Source: Fonticula alba ATCC 38817 (taxonomy: Eukaryota; Protista; Nucleariida). Taken from it: a stretch of DNA of 64,000 nt. Below, piece by piece: positions 9,754-23,000 of the stretch (position 1 is the first letter of the stretch; the number at the start of each line of letters is the position of its first letter). Location of the stretch: the NCBI GenBank assembly GCA_000388065.2, contig KB932208.1; one strand, given 5' to 3'. The translations under genes and the position numbers were made by a program. The notes beneath the pieces were generated by a model. That model worked only from the letters and a program-made list of their open reading frames with translations. It was not told the origin of the DNA and searched no databases.

Positions 9754-12700
9754 GGGCGAGGGGGTCGAAGAAGCGAGGAAGGTCGCGANNNNNNNNNNNN
9801 NNNNNNNNNNNNNNNNNNNNNNNNNNNNNNNNNNNNNNNNNNNNNNNNNNNNNNNNNNNNNNNNNNNNNNNNNNNNNNNNNNNNNNNNNNNNNNNNNNNN
9901 NNNNNNNNNNNNNNNNNNNNNNNNNNNNNNNNNNNNNNNNNNNNNNNNNNNNNNNNNNNNNNNNNNNNNNNNNNNNNNNNNNNNNNNNNNNNNNNNNNNN
10001 NNNNNNNNNNNNNNNNNNNNNNNNNNNNNNNNNNNNNNNNNNNNNNNNNNNNNNNNNNNNNNNNNNNNNNNNNNNNNNACCCATGGATGGAGGACAGGGA
10101 GACGGGGGGGGGGCGGGGGGGGCGGAGGGAGGGAGTGGAGGCAAAGGGGGGCGGGGCAGGGGGCGAGGAGGGGGGAGTGCGTCTCGGAGTGGGGCTGGAT
10201 GCGGTCCGGAGCGGGGATGCATCTTGGCCTCTCCTCAAGAGTGCCTTGCCGCGCCTCTAGACCCCCCGGCTGGGCGTCGGGGGGTGAGGGGGAGGAGGCA
10301 GGGGAGCCATCCAACTGGCCGGCCGGCTGACTGGCCGGGGGAGAAGGGGCGGACGAGCGGCCGGCGGGGGACGAACTGCGCCTCAATCTGGGGGCCGGGG
10401 GGCGCCCCGCGGTTAGATGCGTCGGCCGACGGTGGGGCCGCAGTCCCATCGGAAAGTGACGAGACGGCTGGGGCGGGCCAGGCTGCGGCGAACCCCGGGC
10501 GCGGCCGGGCCGCCGGCGCCGTTGTCTGGGAAATGTCAATCGGCCGTGGGCGTGTGGGCGGGCACACGCCGCAGTTCGCGCGCGGGGGGGCGCCCGGCGC
10601 CAGGGGGGACGGGGCGCGCCGGAGGGCCAGCTAACCGGGGGCGGGGGGGGGGAGGGTCTCACTTGTCCCGGGGGAGCGGCGGGCCGGCGGGGCGCGCAAC
10701 GTGACTCGGGTCGCCGCGAGGGCGAGGGCGGCCGCCGCGCCTCCGATCTCTGCCAGCGGGAGGGCCGGCCGGCTCGGGGGCACCAAGCGCCGGAAGGCAG
10801 GGGGGGGGGGGGCGGGGGGGCAGGGCGATCTGGCTGACATGCGTCCGCTGCGGCCCCTGGGCGTGGCACACGCCCGGCGGGCGAGGGCCGCACCGGCCGG
10901 ACGTTGCTGGACGCATGACTGGACGCAGGCCTCGCCGGCGGGGGGGGGGGCCCTCGCTGCCCAGCCACAGCATGCCATCCTCTCCGGTGCCCCCTCCTCC
11001 ACAACCGGCCGTCCGCCGCCATCAACCCCGCGGCTCCTCGCCGACGAGGAAGCGAACAAGCCCTGGCTGCCGGCGTGGGCGTCTGGGGCCGGGCGAACGG
11101 CCGCGCGCGCCACCCCCCCTCGGGGGGGGGGGGCGGGGAGAAGAGAAAAGGGCCGCGGCCGGGCGCACCCCCGGCCGGGCGGCGGGCCACCAATCCGGCA
11201 GGTATGCTCGCACACGCGCGCGTGCGAAAGTATGCACGGGTGTAAACGGCCCCCGCGTACGGGATACCCGGAAAGAGGGTCCGAAAATATGGTGCGCAAG
11301 GGCGCTGAAAAGGATCGCACGCGCGCGGAAGCGTGTCAGCCCGACCTCCCCGAGCGGGATCCCGGTTGCCGAGGGCGGGCGGCCAACACCAGCAGGGGGA
11401 AAAAAAGAAGGGACCAGCACCGGCCAGCCGGCCGGGGGCGCGGGTCTGTCCGAAGGGTGGCCGGGGTTGGGGGCCGAGGACGACCCGCCGCCGGCGGCCG
11501 GGCGCCGCTCCCGAGGCGGCCCTCCTTCTCGGGGCCTGTGGCGGCGCCTGTGTCGCGGGTCCCGCCCGCGCCGCGCCCGCGTCCACACACACCCCCCCCC
11601 CCCGCCCCCCGCGGGTTGCTCGGCGCCGACGGAAGGAGAGGAACAAGCTGTGCTGGGCGCGCGGCCGGCCCCGGTGGGACCGTCGGAACGGGGCCGTTGT
11701 CTAGCGGGCCCGGGCCGGCCTCCCGGGTTGAGAGGCCGGCCCGGGCCGCGAGACCGCGCCGCAGCCAGCCCCATCGTGAGAGTGTCGGGCGCGGCGCGGG
11801 GTCACTGGGCCCCGGGGGCAGGGCCCGGCCTCGCCACAGAAGCGCACGCATGCCGGGGCTCCCACGGATCAGCGGAGGGCCAGAGCCTGCGCCCCTTGCC
11901 ACCGCCGAGCTCCCGGTGTCCTCATGCGGCAGCGGGAAGCACGAGGGCGAATGCGGGCGGAAAATAAAATAAAGGGAGCCCTCGACGCGGGCGCCGGCGC
12001 CCGAGGCTGCCGGACCGGGGGGGGGGGGGGGTGCGGAGAAGGGGGGACGCCGGGAGGCGTGCGAACGCGCGCCGGCGATGGTGGGGGCCCAGTGTGCCAA
12101 TCCCCAGATGTTTCACACTCCCCATGGAGCCAGTGTGCCCGGCTACTACCGGACACCATGTCAGCACCGGGGTGTTTGCCGGGCGCATGCGTGCGCCGGT
12201 GTGCACGCGGCCGCCTGCCTATGCATTCGGCCGGCCCCGGCAAACCGGGGTGGACCTAGCTCTGTGTCGCGTGAGGAGGGCGACCATGGCGGGGCGCGGG
12301 CGCGGGGGGCGGGGGGGGGGGGGGGGGGNNNNNNNNNNNNNNNNNNNNNNNNNNNNNNNNNNNNNNNNNNNNNNNNNNNNNNNNNNNNNNNNNNNNNNNN
12401 NNNNNNNNNNNNNNNNNNNNNNNNNNNNNNNNNNNNNNNNNNNNNNNNNNNNNNNNNNNNNNNNNNNNNNNNNNNNNNNNNNNNNNNNNNNNNNNNNNNN
12501 NNNNNNNNNNNNNNNNNNNNNNNNNNNNNNNNNNNNNNNNNNNNNNNNNNNNNNNNNNNNNNNNNNNNNNNNNNNNNNNNNNNNNNNNNNNNNNNNNNNN
12601 NNNNNNNNNNNNNNNNNNNNNNNNNNNNNNNNNNNNNNNNNNNNNNNNNCCCCCCCCGGTGTCAGGGAGGGGCGGCACCGGAGGAGGCCGGGCCCGGCTG

Positions 12701-15700
12701 ACGCGCCCGCCGACCGAAACCGCCCCCCGCGCGGGCTGGCCGGGACCCATGACTGCCGGCATCCGCCGCCGGGCCGGCACGCGGGACAGGCTCAGGCGGG
12801 CCGATGGAAGGAAGGGACCGGGGGGGGGGGCGGGCGCGCGCGGGAGGCAGAATGAACAGCGGACGCGGCCCCCGGGGCCCGGCGTATGGCCTCCTCGCGG
12901 GCCCGGAGAGGGTGGCCTTGGCTGCGCGCGAGCGCGGCCGACCACTCGGCACACCGACGCCTCAGGCGCTCGTTAATAGGCCCCGGGCGGCGGCGGCAGC
13001 GGCAGCCGGGCAGCCGGGCGGCCGAGAGTGCACCCGCGGGAGACCGTCCGAGGACGAGACAGAGAGGGGGAGCGGGACGGGAGGCGAGACGGAGACACTC
13101 CCCCGGGCCGGGGGCATCGCGGTCCGCCGGGTTGCCGCGCTATTTTGCTCGGCAATACCACCGGATCGGGGGGCCCCCTCCCCGGCTTCCCCCGGCCGCG
13201 GGCGGCGCATGTCCACCGGCCGGCATGGGTGAGCTTGTGCGTACGTGCATGTATTAGTGAAGGCCGCCAGCGAGCGTGGCCAATACGCACGCCCGGAGAC
13301 ACACGCGCGTACAACCACAGGCAGAAGCAACCATGGCTCCATGGTCCCCGGTCCGGTTGCCGTTGCCGCCGGCCCCCCCCCCCCCGGGCGGGCACACTTT
13401 GACATGCCTCGTACGTCTCATCGACCCAAGGCCGCCCGGCCCGGGGGAGCCCCCGCCGCCTGCGAACCCCCTTGGGCGAGGGGGGACACCGGCCGCCGAA
13501 GACAACCGGCGCCAGGGGGGGGGGGGGGGCGAGGCGGGCTTGGAAAGTGCCGGAGGCGGGCGACCCTGCCCGGGCGGGACCGGGCCCTCGGGCCTCTCCG
13601 GTCCCCCGCTGCCGGAGGAAGCCCCCGAGCAGGGGCACCACACGCCGCCGGTGGCACCAACGACCCGGCCGGCCAGCCGGCCGGCGACGCAAAGGGCGCC
13701 CCACCCGGGGGGAGGTGATGGTGTCTGCCGTCACCGGCCGAAGGGCCCCCCCCGCCGGATGTGCGCGCCCTGCGCCAAAAAGGATTCCCCGCCCAGGGGG
13801 ATTCAGGGAAATTCCAGCACGCAATCCCCCCGGAGCCGCGGTTGCAGCCCGGCCTCCGCCCGCCGGTTACACACGCCGGCTTGCTCACGGCGGCGGCCGC
13901 GGCGGCGGGGAGGGAAGGGACCGGGCGCACGGCTTCGTGCGCACGCGCACACACGCGCTCGCCAGCCCCCGGCGCCTGACAACAACCGGCATGTCGGGTC
14001 GGGTGGCGGCGAAGCGCCGGGGGGCCACAGCACGCCGGTCCAGGCCGCGGGAACACACCTCCGGGTTAAATATGGGACGCCCGGGGGCGCCTTTCTCCCC
14101 CGGGCTGCGGGACCGCCTCCCGGGGGCGGGGAGGGCAGCTGGCGGCTCGCGAGGGCCGCGCCCCCAGCGGGAGGTAGCGCGCGCGTGCGCGCGGGCCCCA
14201 GACGCGGCCGCCCACCCCGGGGCCGGGCGGCGTGCCGCCTCCGGGCGTGTCCCGGCCCCCCCCTCCCCCCGGGCCGCGGCATCACAACGGGCTCGGGGCT
14301 GCAACCTCCCCCCGGCGCGGGGACCGATGCGGTGCCTTCCGGGCGGGGGGCCGCGGCAACCATCAGCGCACCGGCGTGCGGGGGCGGCCGCAAGAAGGCT
14401 GCCAGGGCCTCTCGCCGGGGGGCGAGGCCCCGGCACACATGGCAGGGACAGCCCCCTTCACGCGGGGGAACAAGCCCCGGCGGTTCGTGTGCACCCCGCC
14501 GCCCGCCTCCGCAATCGTGTCCCTCGTCGCGGGAGGGGGGCCCGGGAGGGCCCCGGCTGCCTCTGCGCCAGAAGACCACACCGGGGGGGGGGGGGGGGGG
14601 GGGGGGGGAGGGGCACGGACACGCTCTTGAGCGGGGGTAAACAAATAGAGGAGCATTATGCGCAAATGAATATTCGCGGGCCGGCCACGGGGGTGGGCGA
14701 GGGCGGGGACACTCTATTTTGATTGTGCTCCCCCCAGCCAGTCCGGTGCAACCACACAACCCCGCCCCGTCCGGTCCCGGCTGTGTCGGCTCGCGGGGAA
14801 GGTGTGCCAGAGCAGGGGGGGGGGGGGGCGCCGTCGCGCCGCACGGGCAGGGCCCGAGGCCGGCGGCCGTTCCCGCCCCCCGCCCCGCCCCCTCGCCCCT
14901 CGCCCCTCCGGCGATCCGCCGCCGCCCGGAGGCAGGGTCCAGCCGCGGAGGCGGCTCTCGCCCGCCCAGGCCGGACTCCGCCGCAAGAGGCTGCCCCGGT
15001 AAAGGGGGGGTGTCCGGTCTGCCGGGGATCGCGGGCCCTGGTGGCCGGCCAGTCTCGGGCACCACCGCAAGCCGGCCCTCCCCATATAACCTGGCGCGCA
15101 TGATTCCCATCACTCCGCCGGGCCGGGCCGGGCCGCAAACCAATTCTCCCCCACCCGGGGCCTCCTCCGTGTCCAGCGCCGAAGGCGCCCACCCGCCACA
15201 GGCGGCGGAGGCAAACCCCCCCCCCAAACGGAAAAGGGGGGGGGCCCGCCCTTTCCCCCGGCCTGCCCCCGGGCCCCCCCCCCCCCCAGCCCCCCCGGTG
15301 TGTTGGTCGGGCGGATGGGCTTGGTCGCTTCTCGAGGGCTGCCCCCGGCGCCGTGCCCGGCCGCCCCTTCCCCCCCCCCCCCGAGAGGCCGCCCGGGCAC
15401 GCCGGCCCCCCAGGAGGCAGGCCGGGGAGCCGAGGCGCCGGGCGGGGGCGCCGGGCAAGGGGCGAACGAGGCACGCCTGGACACGCCCGCGCAGCACCGA
15501 GCCGGGCCGATGTGCTCGCACCGACGACCGCCGGTCGTCCAGTCTCCGTGACCGCTCGAGCGCCCGACGCACCGGCAGGGGGGGGCGGGAGCCACCTCCC
15601 CGGTGCCCGTTCCGGCGCACACACTCGCCCGGTCCCACACACGCACACATTACTCAGCCACACGCACCCCGCCGAGGCCAGGCGTGTCACACCTTTTGGG

Positions 15701-16482
15701 GCCCCAGGACAGGGGCGAGGTCTGCCCGACGGGCGACCGGGCCAACCGCAGAGGGCGGCTCACGGCAACACGGGGGTGGCCCTGCGCTTCCGGGCGGCAA
15801 GGGCGTTGTGCGCGAGCGCCAGCCGCTCGCCCCACCACGCACCAAGGCATGCCGCACCTCCGCCACTTATGCACACCCCCCGCCGACGGGAGAGCCCCCC
15901 CCCCCCCAGACGCACGGCCGCCCGCGCGACGACAAGGCCCGAGGTTGGCAATAAATGCCGCATTAAGGCTAACGAAAATCCCCATATATGGAGTCTAATG
16001 CTGGAAGCTCGGTGATCGGCTGGAATACCGTTCTCGCGACGAGATCACGCCGGGCGTACGTCACAGCCGATCGATTTTCGCCTCGCACCCACATCACCCA
16101 AGAGGGACAGCCTCGACTGGTGCTGCCCCGCCCCTCGGGGGGGCGGAGGGATTGCTTTTCAAAGCACTCCTCCCCCCTCCGCTGGCCGGTTCTCCTTGTT
16201 GCCACTTTTGCTCGCCGCCCTCCCCCCCCCCTCCCCCCCNNNNNNNNNNNNNNNNNNNNNNNNNNNNNNNNNNNNNNNNNCCCCTCGCCCCCCCCCCCGC
16301 CTGGCCGAATGTCCCTCACCCGGAAGCCGCCGACTGCCCCGGCCCAGCCGGCGCCCGGCCGTACCTCGCGGACGGGTCCGCCATCCGGGCTGCCCGGGGC
16401 CCGGCCACCGGCCCCCCCGTCGGCCGGGGCGCCGCCAGCCGCCGGAGCGCCTGGGACGGTGACCGCCCGGCCACTTGGCCCG

Positions 16483-17577
16483 ATGGCCGGGGCCGCCGTC
16501 CGCAAGGTCGACACCGTCATCATGGATCTCCTGCACATGGAGCTCGTGAACTCCTACCTCCAGCGGGCGTCAGATCCCACAAAGCCCCTGACCCCCGGCG
16601 AGATCGAGACCTTCCGCCAGGAGATCGAGGCAATCGGCTCGGCAGCCGGGGCGCGCTTCTTTGCCAGGTTCGCCGTGCACTTGCCTTCCCCCCTGTCTGC
16701 CCGCCTGGCGTCCTCCCCCCCGCCGGGCTTCTTTTTTTTCCTCCCCCCTCCCCCTTTTTGACCATCCACCGCGCCTTTCCGAGCACTGACCGCCCCTTCT
16801 CGCGTCGGTCTTCCTCCTCCCTTCCTCTCTCTCTCTCTCTCTTTCTCCCCCCCCCCGCGCAGCGAGTCCATCCACTTGACTGCCTTCGGGCCGACGGATG
16901 CCGTTCGCTTTGTGTGCAATGGCTTGTGGCCATGCTTTTTCCAGAACAACATTTCCAACCTCCGATCCAATCGCCTGGTGCGCCCTCCGCCGCTTCCCCC
17001 TCCGACCGGCGGTCATTTGCCCCCCAGCGGGACACCCAAAGCTGACTCCCCACCCTGCTGCCTGGCGCCCTCTCGCTCTCTCGCTCGCTCGCTCTCCCGC
17101 TCTCCCGCTGCCCCTCCTCCGGAAGGATGTCTTCGTCATGACCGACAGCGCCTATCGGCCATTCACATGGTGCTCATCGATGAATGACTTCGCCCCGTCC
17201 GGCGGGGCGCACTCGGTCGCCTCGCAACTGATGCCGGTACGCCCGATCTCGCCTTTCCCTTGTCCCCCTGGAGCCCAGCCTGCCTCGCTGTTCGTCTCCA
17301 CTCACGGCGCGCGTACATCCGGCCGCCTGGCGCATGTCCCCTTGCACATAGTACACCTGGTTCGCGTGTGGTGCCATCTCCGGTGCCCTGGCCGCCAGCG
17401 GCTGGAAGTGCAAGGTCACTTCGGAGATCAACAAGGCTCCCGGATGTGCGTCCCCCCTTCTTCCCCTGTCCTGTCCCGATATCCGCCCAATCCCCTGGGC
17501 CCGAGCAGCTCCTCGGCTGACGTCCCCCGCTCCCCCTCTCCGTAGGCGACTTCGTGGTTGTCATCCTCAACGTTTGA
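16483..17577 (+). CDS. TRAPPC6: TRAPP complex subunit 6 (Trs33), 178 aa; exons 16483-16667, 16863-16977, 17126-17236, 17352-17445, 17546-17577
   Basis: DLLHMELV, EIEAIGSAAGARF, DAVRFVCNGLWPCFFQNNISNLRSNR, VFVMTD and FACGAISGAL match the Bet3-family Trs33 pattern (FICKDFW..F.KQIDNLRTN, FTCGLIRGGL). The five exons total 537 nt in frame. Confidence 0.88.
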
Positions 17578-19309
17578 GGGACCCAACGGCTGGCTTTTTT
17601 TTCTCATGTATATCTCCTCCTCCCTGCCGGCTGTTCGATACCGGCCCCTTCCCAGTTGCATGGACACAATAAACGCCACATTTCGTGGATCCCAGGATCC
17701 CCGGCCGCCTCGAGAGGCCGGAGGGGGCAGCCCCGGCGAGAGAGAGAGAGAGACACAGGGAGACCGGGAGGGAGGGAGGGGCGACCGAGCGGCCTGGCGA
17801 CCGAGCCGCCAGGAGACCCAGGCCGGGATCGACTGGCAGGGGGAGGGGGGGGGGATTGTTCCCCGTCCAAGGTCGCTTTTGGCGGGCGTCCTCTCTCCGC
17901 TCCCAGGGCGCCTTCGTGCGCGAGAGGGGGAAGCCGGCGCCAGTGGCGGCGGCCCGGCCCGGTGGGCTTGATCGGGGAACGGGCGGGGCGGTGGAATGCG
18001 CCGAAGCCCAAATGGAATCACGCCCAAATCACGGGCACAGGACCGCAAGTATTCCAGAACCGCACACATAGTCGCCCTATTCCACACTCGCACACACACA
18101 CGCACACCCCAGTCCGGGAGGGAGGGGGGGGACACTGCGCCTTCCCGCCCGCTTCCCCCGCCCCCCCCCCTGAGAGACACTTGCACCCCTCCCCGCGAGT
18201 ACGGGGACGCGGGGTGAGGGCGCCGCTGGAGCGCGCCGCCGGTCGTCAAAATCCCGGCGTCGATGTCCCCGGCGGGAGTTAAATCGACAAGGGCACCCCG
18301 CCCTTTGGTCGGACAAGTGGGGCCCGGCGGCCCGCTCGGGGTGCCCGCCTCCTCTTGGCACCTCCGTAGTGCGGTATCTCCGGCAGGGCGTCTGGCCTAT
18401 GCGGGGGGGGGGGGGGGGGGAAAACTGGCAGTTCGCCGGGGCCGCGGGTCGGTGACGCTCGCGGCAGCGAGAAGCCCACCGGGGGGGCCGGGACGGGAGA
18501 GACAGCCGAGGGCCAAAGGCAACGTGCGGGAGTGACTTGGCTGCGCGCGAGCCAGCCCGCACATGGATGGGCCAGGGTTCTGCTTGGATCTCGCCCTCAG
18601 GGGTTGTGATCCTCGCGGGCCTCCCCCCCCCCCCGCCCCCGCCGGCCTCGAGGCGTGCGCCTGTCCGAGGCGCGAATGCCAGCGCCCGAGGGCGCGCGCT
18701 GGAAGCTTGTTTATTTTTGCCCGCCTTCCCCCGGGCGTTGGGGCGGATAGACACCGGCAGGTGGGCGTGTGTGGGGGTGTACGCCGGCTGCCTGGCCGGC
18801 CGGCCGGCCGGCGGCCACACATGCGGCTTGCTGCGCTTCGGCCCCCCCCACCCCGGGGAAGCCGGACACCTTGCCCAGCCCACCCCCCCGTCGCCCCCCC
18901 CCCCCCCCCGGGGGGGCGGAAAGCCGGGTGAGACGGCACAAAATGCCCCCCCGCCCACCGTCCGCCGCTAGACACACCGTGCTTCTCTCTGCCGGAGACC
19001 GTGGTTTTTTTTTGGGGGCCGGACTTGGTCCCCGGCCGCAGTCAAACCCCGCATGACAACAATGTCGGGACTTCCTTCCCCGGCTTCGCGTGCTCGCGAG
19101 CGCGCGCGCCCGTCTACCTGCATCCAAGTGGCCCTGCATGTGTCCCCCCTCCCTGCAGACGCTTCCCGGGAGCCGCCCCTTGGCTGTGAGCCGAGGGGCG
19201 TGAGCCATCGATTGGGTGCGGCCGTGGCGGCGGCCTTCCGTGTGCGAGTGGTGGAGAGGGCGGGGGGGGGGGGGGGGGGGGGGGCCCGGGTGTTCCGGCG
19301 CCCGGAGGT

Positions 19310-19350
<41 letters not shown>

Positions 19351-20042
19351 AGGAGGCCCCGTTTTCCTTGCTCCGGAACGCGCTCCCGCGCGCGGCCCCC
19401 CTGGGCTTCTTTCCGGCGGACGCTCCGGAACGCGATCTCCCTCGCCCGGGGGGAAGCCTGGAGCCCGAAAAAAGCCTGTCCTCTGGGTCCCCCTCCGGCC
19501 GTGACGACCAAGTCAACAACCTTCACCCCCCCCCCCCTCTGCCCCCTCCTGGCCCGCCTCTCTTCTTCAGTTCACTCCGTCCCCGACGCCCCCGCCACCC
19601 NNNNNNNNNNNNNNNNNNNNNNNNNNNNNNNNNNNNNNNNNNNNNNNNNNNNNNNNNNNNNNNNNNNNNNNNNNNNNNNNNNNNNNNNNNNNNNNNNNNN
19701 NNNNNNNNNNNNNNNNNNNNNNNNNNNNNNNNNNNNNNNNNNNNNNNNNNNNNNNNNNNNNNNNNNNNNNNNNNNNNNNNNNNNNNNNNNNNNNNNNNNN
19801 NNNNNNNNNNNNNNNNNNNNNNNNNNNNNNNNNNNNNNNNNNNNNNNNNNNNNNNNNNNNNNNNNNNNNNNNNNNNNNNNNNNNNNNNNNNNNNNNNNNN
19901 NNNNCCCCCCCCCTCCCCGGCCACCCTCTCTTGCCTCGCCACGCCGACGCCTGGCGGCGTGCTCACACACCCAGGTCCCCGCACCGAGCGAGTGCGTGCT
20001 CGCGCGTGCCCTGACACCGCCGCCCCGGCGCCCCAGACAGCC

Positions 20043-23000
20043 ATGCGGGGAGCTTGGCGCGCCTGGACCGAGTCACTCACCCGCCCAAAGCGGAAGTACT
20101 CCCTCGAGAACTTCAAGTATGTGCCCCCCCTCCCCCCCTCTCGCCCTCCGGCGTCCACTTCCCCTTCTTCCTCTCCCGGCGTCTCCGCTCCACTGCGTGT
20201 GCCGGTGCCCCGTCCTCCTGGCACCACCCTACTGACCTCGTCCTTTCGGCCCTCTTGCCCTCCTTGTCCCCCGGCCATGGCAGATATCTCACCCAGCAGC
20301 TTGCGCGGCACAATGCCCAATTTCTGTCCGGCGAGCCGACCGGCATCGATGCCAGCTCGCAGGCCATCGTCGAGACCCTGCGGCAGATCGCCGAGCTCCT
20401 CATCTGGGGCGACCAGAATGAGACGAACTTCGTTGAGTGCGTCCGCCACAGCCTGCCCCCCCCCCTCCTCTCCTTCCTTCTGCTTGTTCCCTTGGCCGCC
20501 GCTTTCGGTCTCCCGCTAACCCGCCCGCCCTGCTGCCAGACACTCCTATGAGGCCAACCTTCTGAGCAACTTCCTCCTCCTTCTCAATCAGAAGCCGCCC
20601 CCTCCGCCATCGATTGTTGTGCAGCTTCTCCAAACGCTGAGCATTCTCTTCGAAAACATCCGCACTCAGACGCTCATCTGTGCGAGACACTTTTTTTTTT
20701 TGCCGTTCCTCCCCCCTCCTTCCCTCCCTCTCGCTCGGTCGTTTGTCCCCCCACCCTGACCCGCTCCCTTGCCCCCCCCCCCTGGTGCTGATTCCCTCTC
20801 CCGTGCCTGGCAGACTTCCTTCTGTCCAACAACTATGTCAACGACATCATCCAGCATGAGTTTGACTTCGGCGATGAGGAGACCCTGGCCTACTACATCT
20901 CCTTCCTGAAGGCCCTGTCGCTCAAGCTGAACCCCAGCACCGTCAGCTTCTTCTACAATGAGGTTCGCATGTTGGTGCTTGTGCAGGGCATGTCCCGCCA
21001 TCCTGGCGCCCCGACTTATCCCTTTGCCCCTCCCCCCGCCGCCCCTCTCCGCAGCGCCAAAACGACTTCCCACTCTACTCCGAGGCGATCAAGTTCTTCC
21101 GCCACGATGAGAGTATGATTCGGGTAGCCGTGCGCACCCTCACGCTCAATGTCTTCCGCGTGGACTGTCCGCGCGTGAAGAACTTCATCCTCGACCGCTC
21201 GGCCCTCCCCTACTTCGCCAACCTCGTCTGGTTCATCGGCGACCAATCCCTGACCCTGGACGAGTTTGTGGTCTCCTCCAAGGGGTATGGCTGTTCTCCG
21301 CCTCCCTCTGCCCCTTGTCCTCCGCCTCCCTCTGCCCTTTGTCCTCCGTCTCCCTCTGCCCTTTGTCCTCCGCCTTCCCCCGCCTCCCCCCGCCTTCCCC
21401 TCATGGCTATCCCCATCCCTGCCTTGTGGCCGCCCCTCCTCGCCACGCGGCTCTGACCCTCCCCTCTCAGATTCGAACTCGCCGGCAAGCTCAATGACCA
21501 GGTGGCTGAGCATGTGGATCACTTTTACTACCTAAATGACATTTTGACCACCGGTGCACCGGAAATCGGGGAGATCCTCTGCCGACAGCTCATTCGCAAG
21601 TTGGTCATCCCCCTGTACCTGATGTCGCTGCTTGACCCGACGGCCTCCTTCCTCCAGCTGGCCGGGTCTTCGGCGGATCTGTCCCCGACCGCCGGGGCAG
21701 GAACCGGGGCGGCGCCAGTTCCGACGCGCGTCAGCGTCCGGACCGCGCTCACGCTCCTGGCCCAGATGATGCACATTTTCAGCCACTCCAAGCTGGTGTC
21801 CCTGATGGCGGTGCTCCTCTTGGCGCCGACCCGTGCGGCCTACCTGGAATACCTGCGCCAGCTGTCCTCCAACCAATCGAAGGGCCCCTCCTCGCTGCTG
21901 GTTTCGCCGCAGATCCCCTCGTCCACGGCCTGCCTCGGCGACTCCTCGCTCGACATCGACCGGAGCTCGGCCCTGGACATTGATGCCATCATTTGCGCGG
22001 CCTTTCGATCGGCCAATGGCAGCATGGGCATGGGTGCCGCCGCTGCCGGCGCCGACTCGACCACCGGCTCGACCCTGCTGGCGGCCAATCCGCCGGCCAA
22101 CCCGCGTGATCCGGTTGACCTGTCTGGCGACCCGCGTGCGGATGGCCAGGCTGCTGGTGCCTCCCTGGACAATCCCGAGGGGCATTCCTCCTCCACCTCG
22201 GCCGGGGGCCATTCGGCGCTCGCCTCCAGCTGCGGCATCTCGGAGTCCTCCTCCTCGGCTGCCTCGCACAGTCCGACCACCTCCCTTTCGGCATTGCCCT
22301 CCTCGCTGTACTTCGTCAGCCGCCGGGACCGGGCAAGCGAGCACCGGCTGGTGATCCCCAGCCGCAAGGGGCTTGGACCGCGGCGCCAGGCCGCCTCGCC
22401 CCTGCCGGATCTCAAGATCCCCAGTGCCTTCACCGGTGGCAATGGGACCAATGCCGGCTCGCCGACCGGGCAGGCGTCGAAGGGGCGCGCGGCTGCGGCT
22501 GCCGCTCCGGCCGTCGCCGCCGCTTCTGCCATTGCCGCTGCCGGCGCCGGCGCCGGCGCCACTGCTCCTGTCGGGGGCCCCGCCTCGACCACCGCCGCCG
22601 CTGCCGCCGCCGCTGCGACTCCATTGGCGGATGAGCGGCCGATTGGCTTTAATCTTGGCAAGTCCTCGTATGTGCCGCTGCCTTTCCCTTTCACCTGCCC
22701 AGCGTCTGCTCTGTCCTCGCGCTGTGTCCGCCCGATCTCACTGTCGCCGCTTTGCCTGTCCCCGCCCCCCCCCCCCCGGCCATAGTGATCCCAATCCCTT
22801 CCGCGAAGCAATTCTCCACTTCCTGAATTGCTCCGAGTCCGACCAGGAGGCCCTGCCCGTGCTGTCTCTCCTGCACTTGACCTCCAAGAACAAGAACATC
22901 TCCCCGGCCATCCTGGACCTGGTGGGGCTCCTCCCGCGGAGCTACACGGCCAGCCCGCCGGCGGCAGCCGACCCGCCCCCGGCGCAGGATCCCCTTCCGG

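Noticed and set aside
8968-15954. Long R/P/G/A-rich ORFs (892, 615, 454, 423 aa and others)
   Set aside because: Stop-poor GC-rich intergenic DNA crossing gaps and homopolymers. Only the G-alpha exon portion is real.
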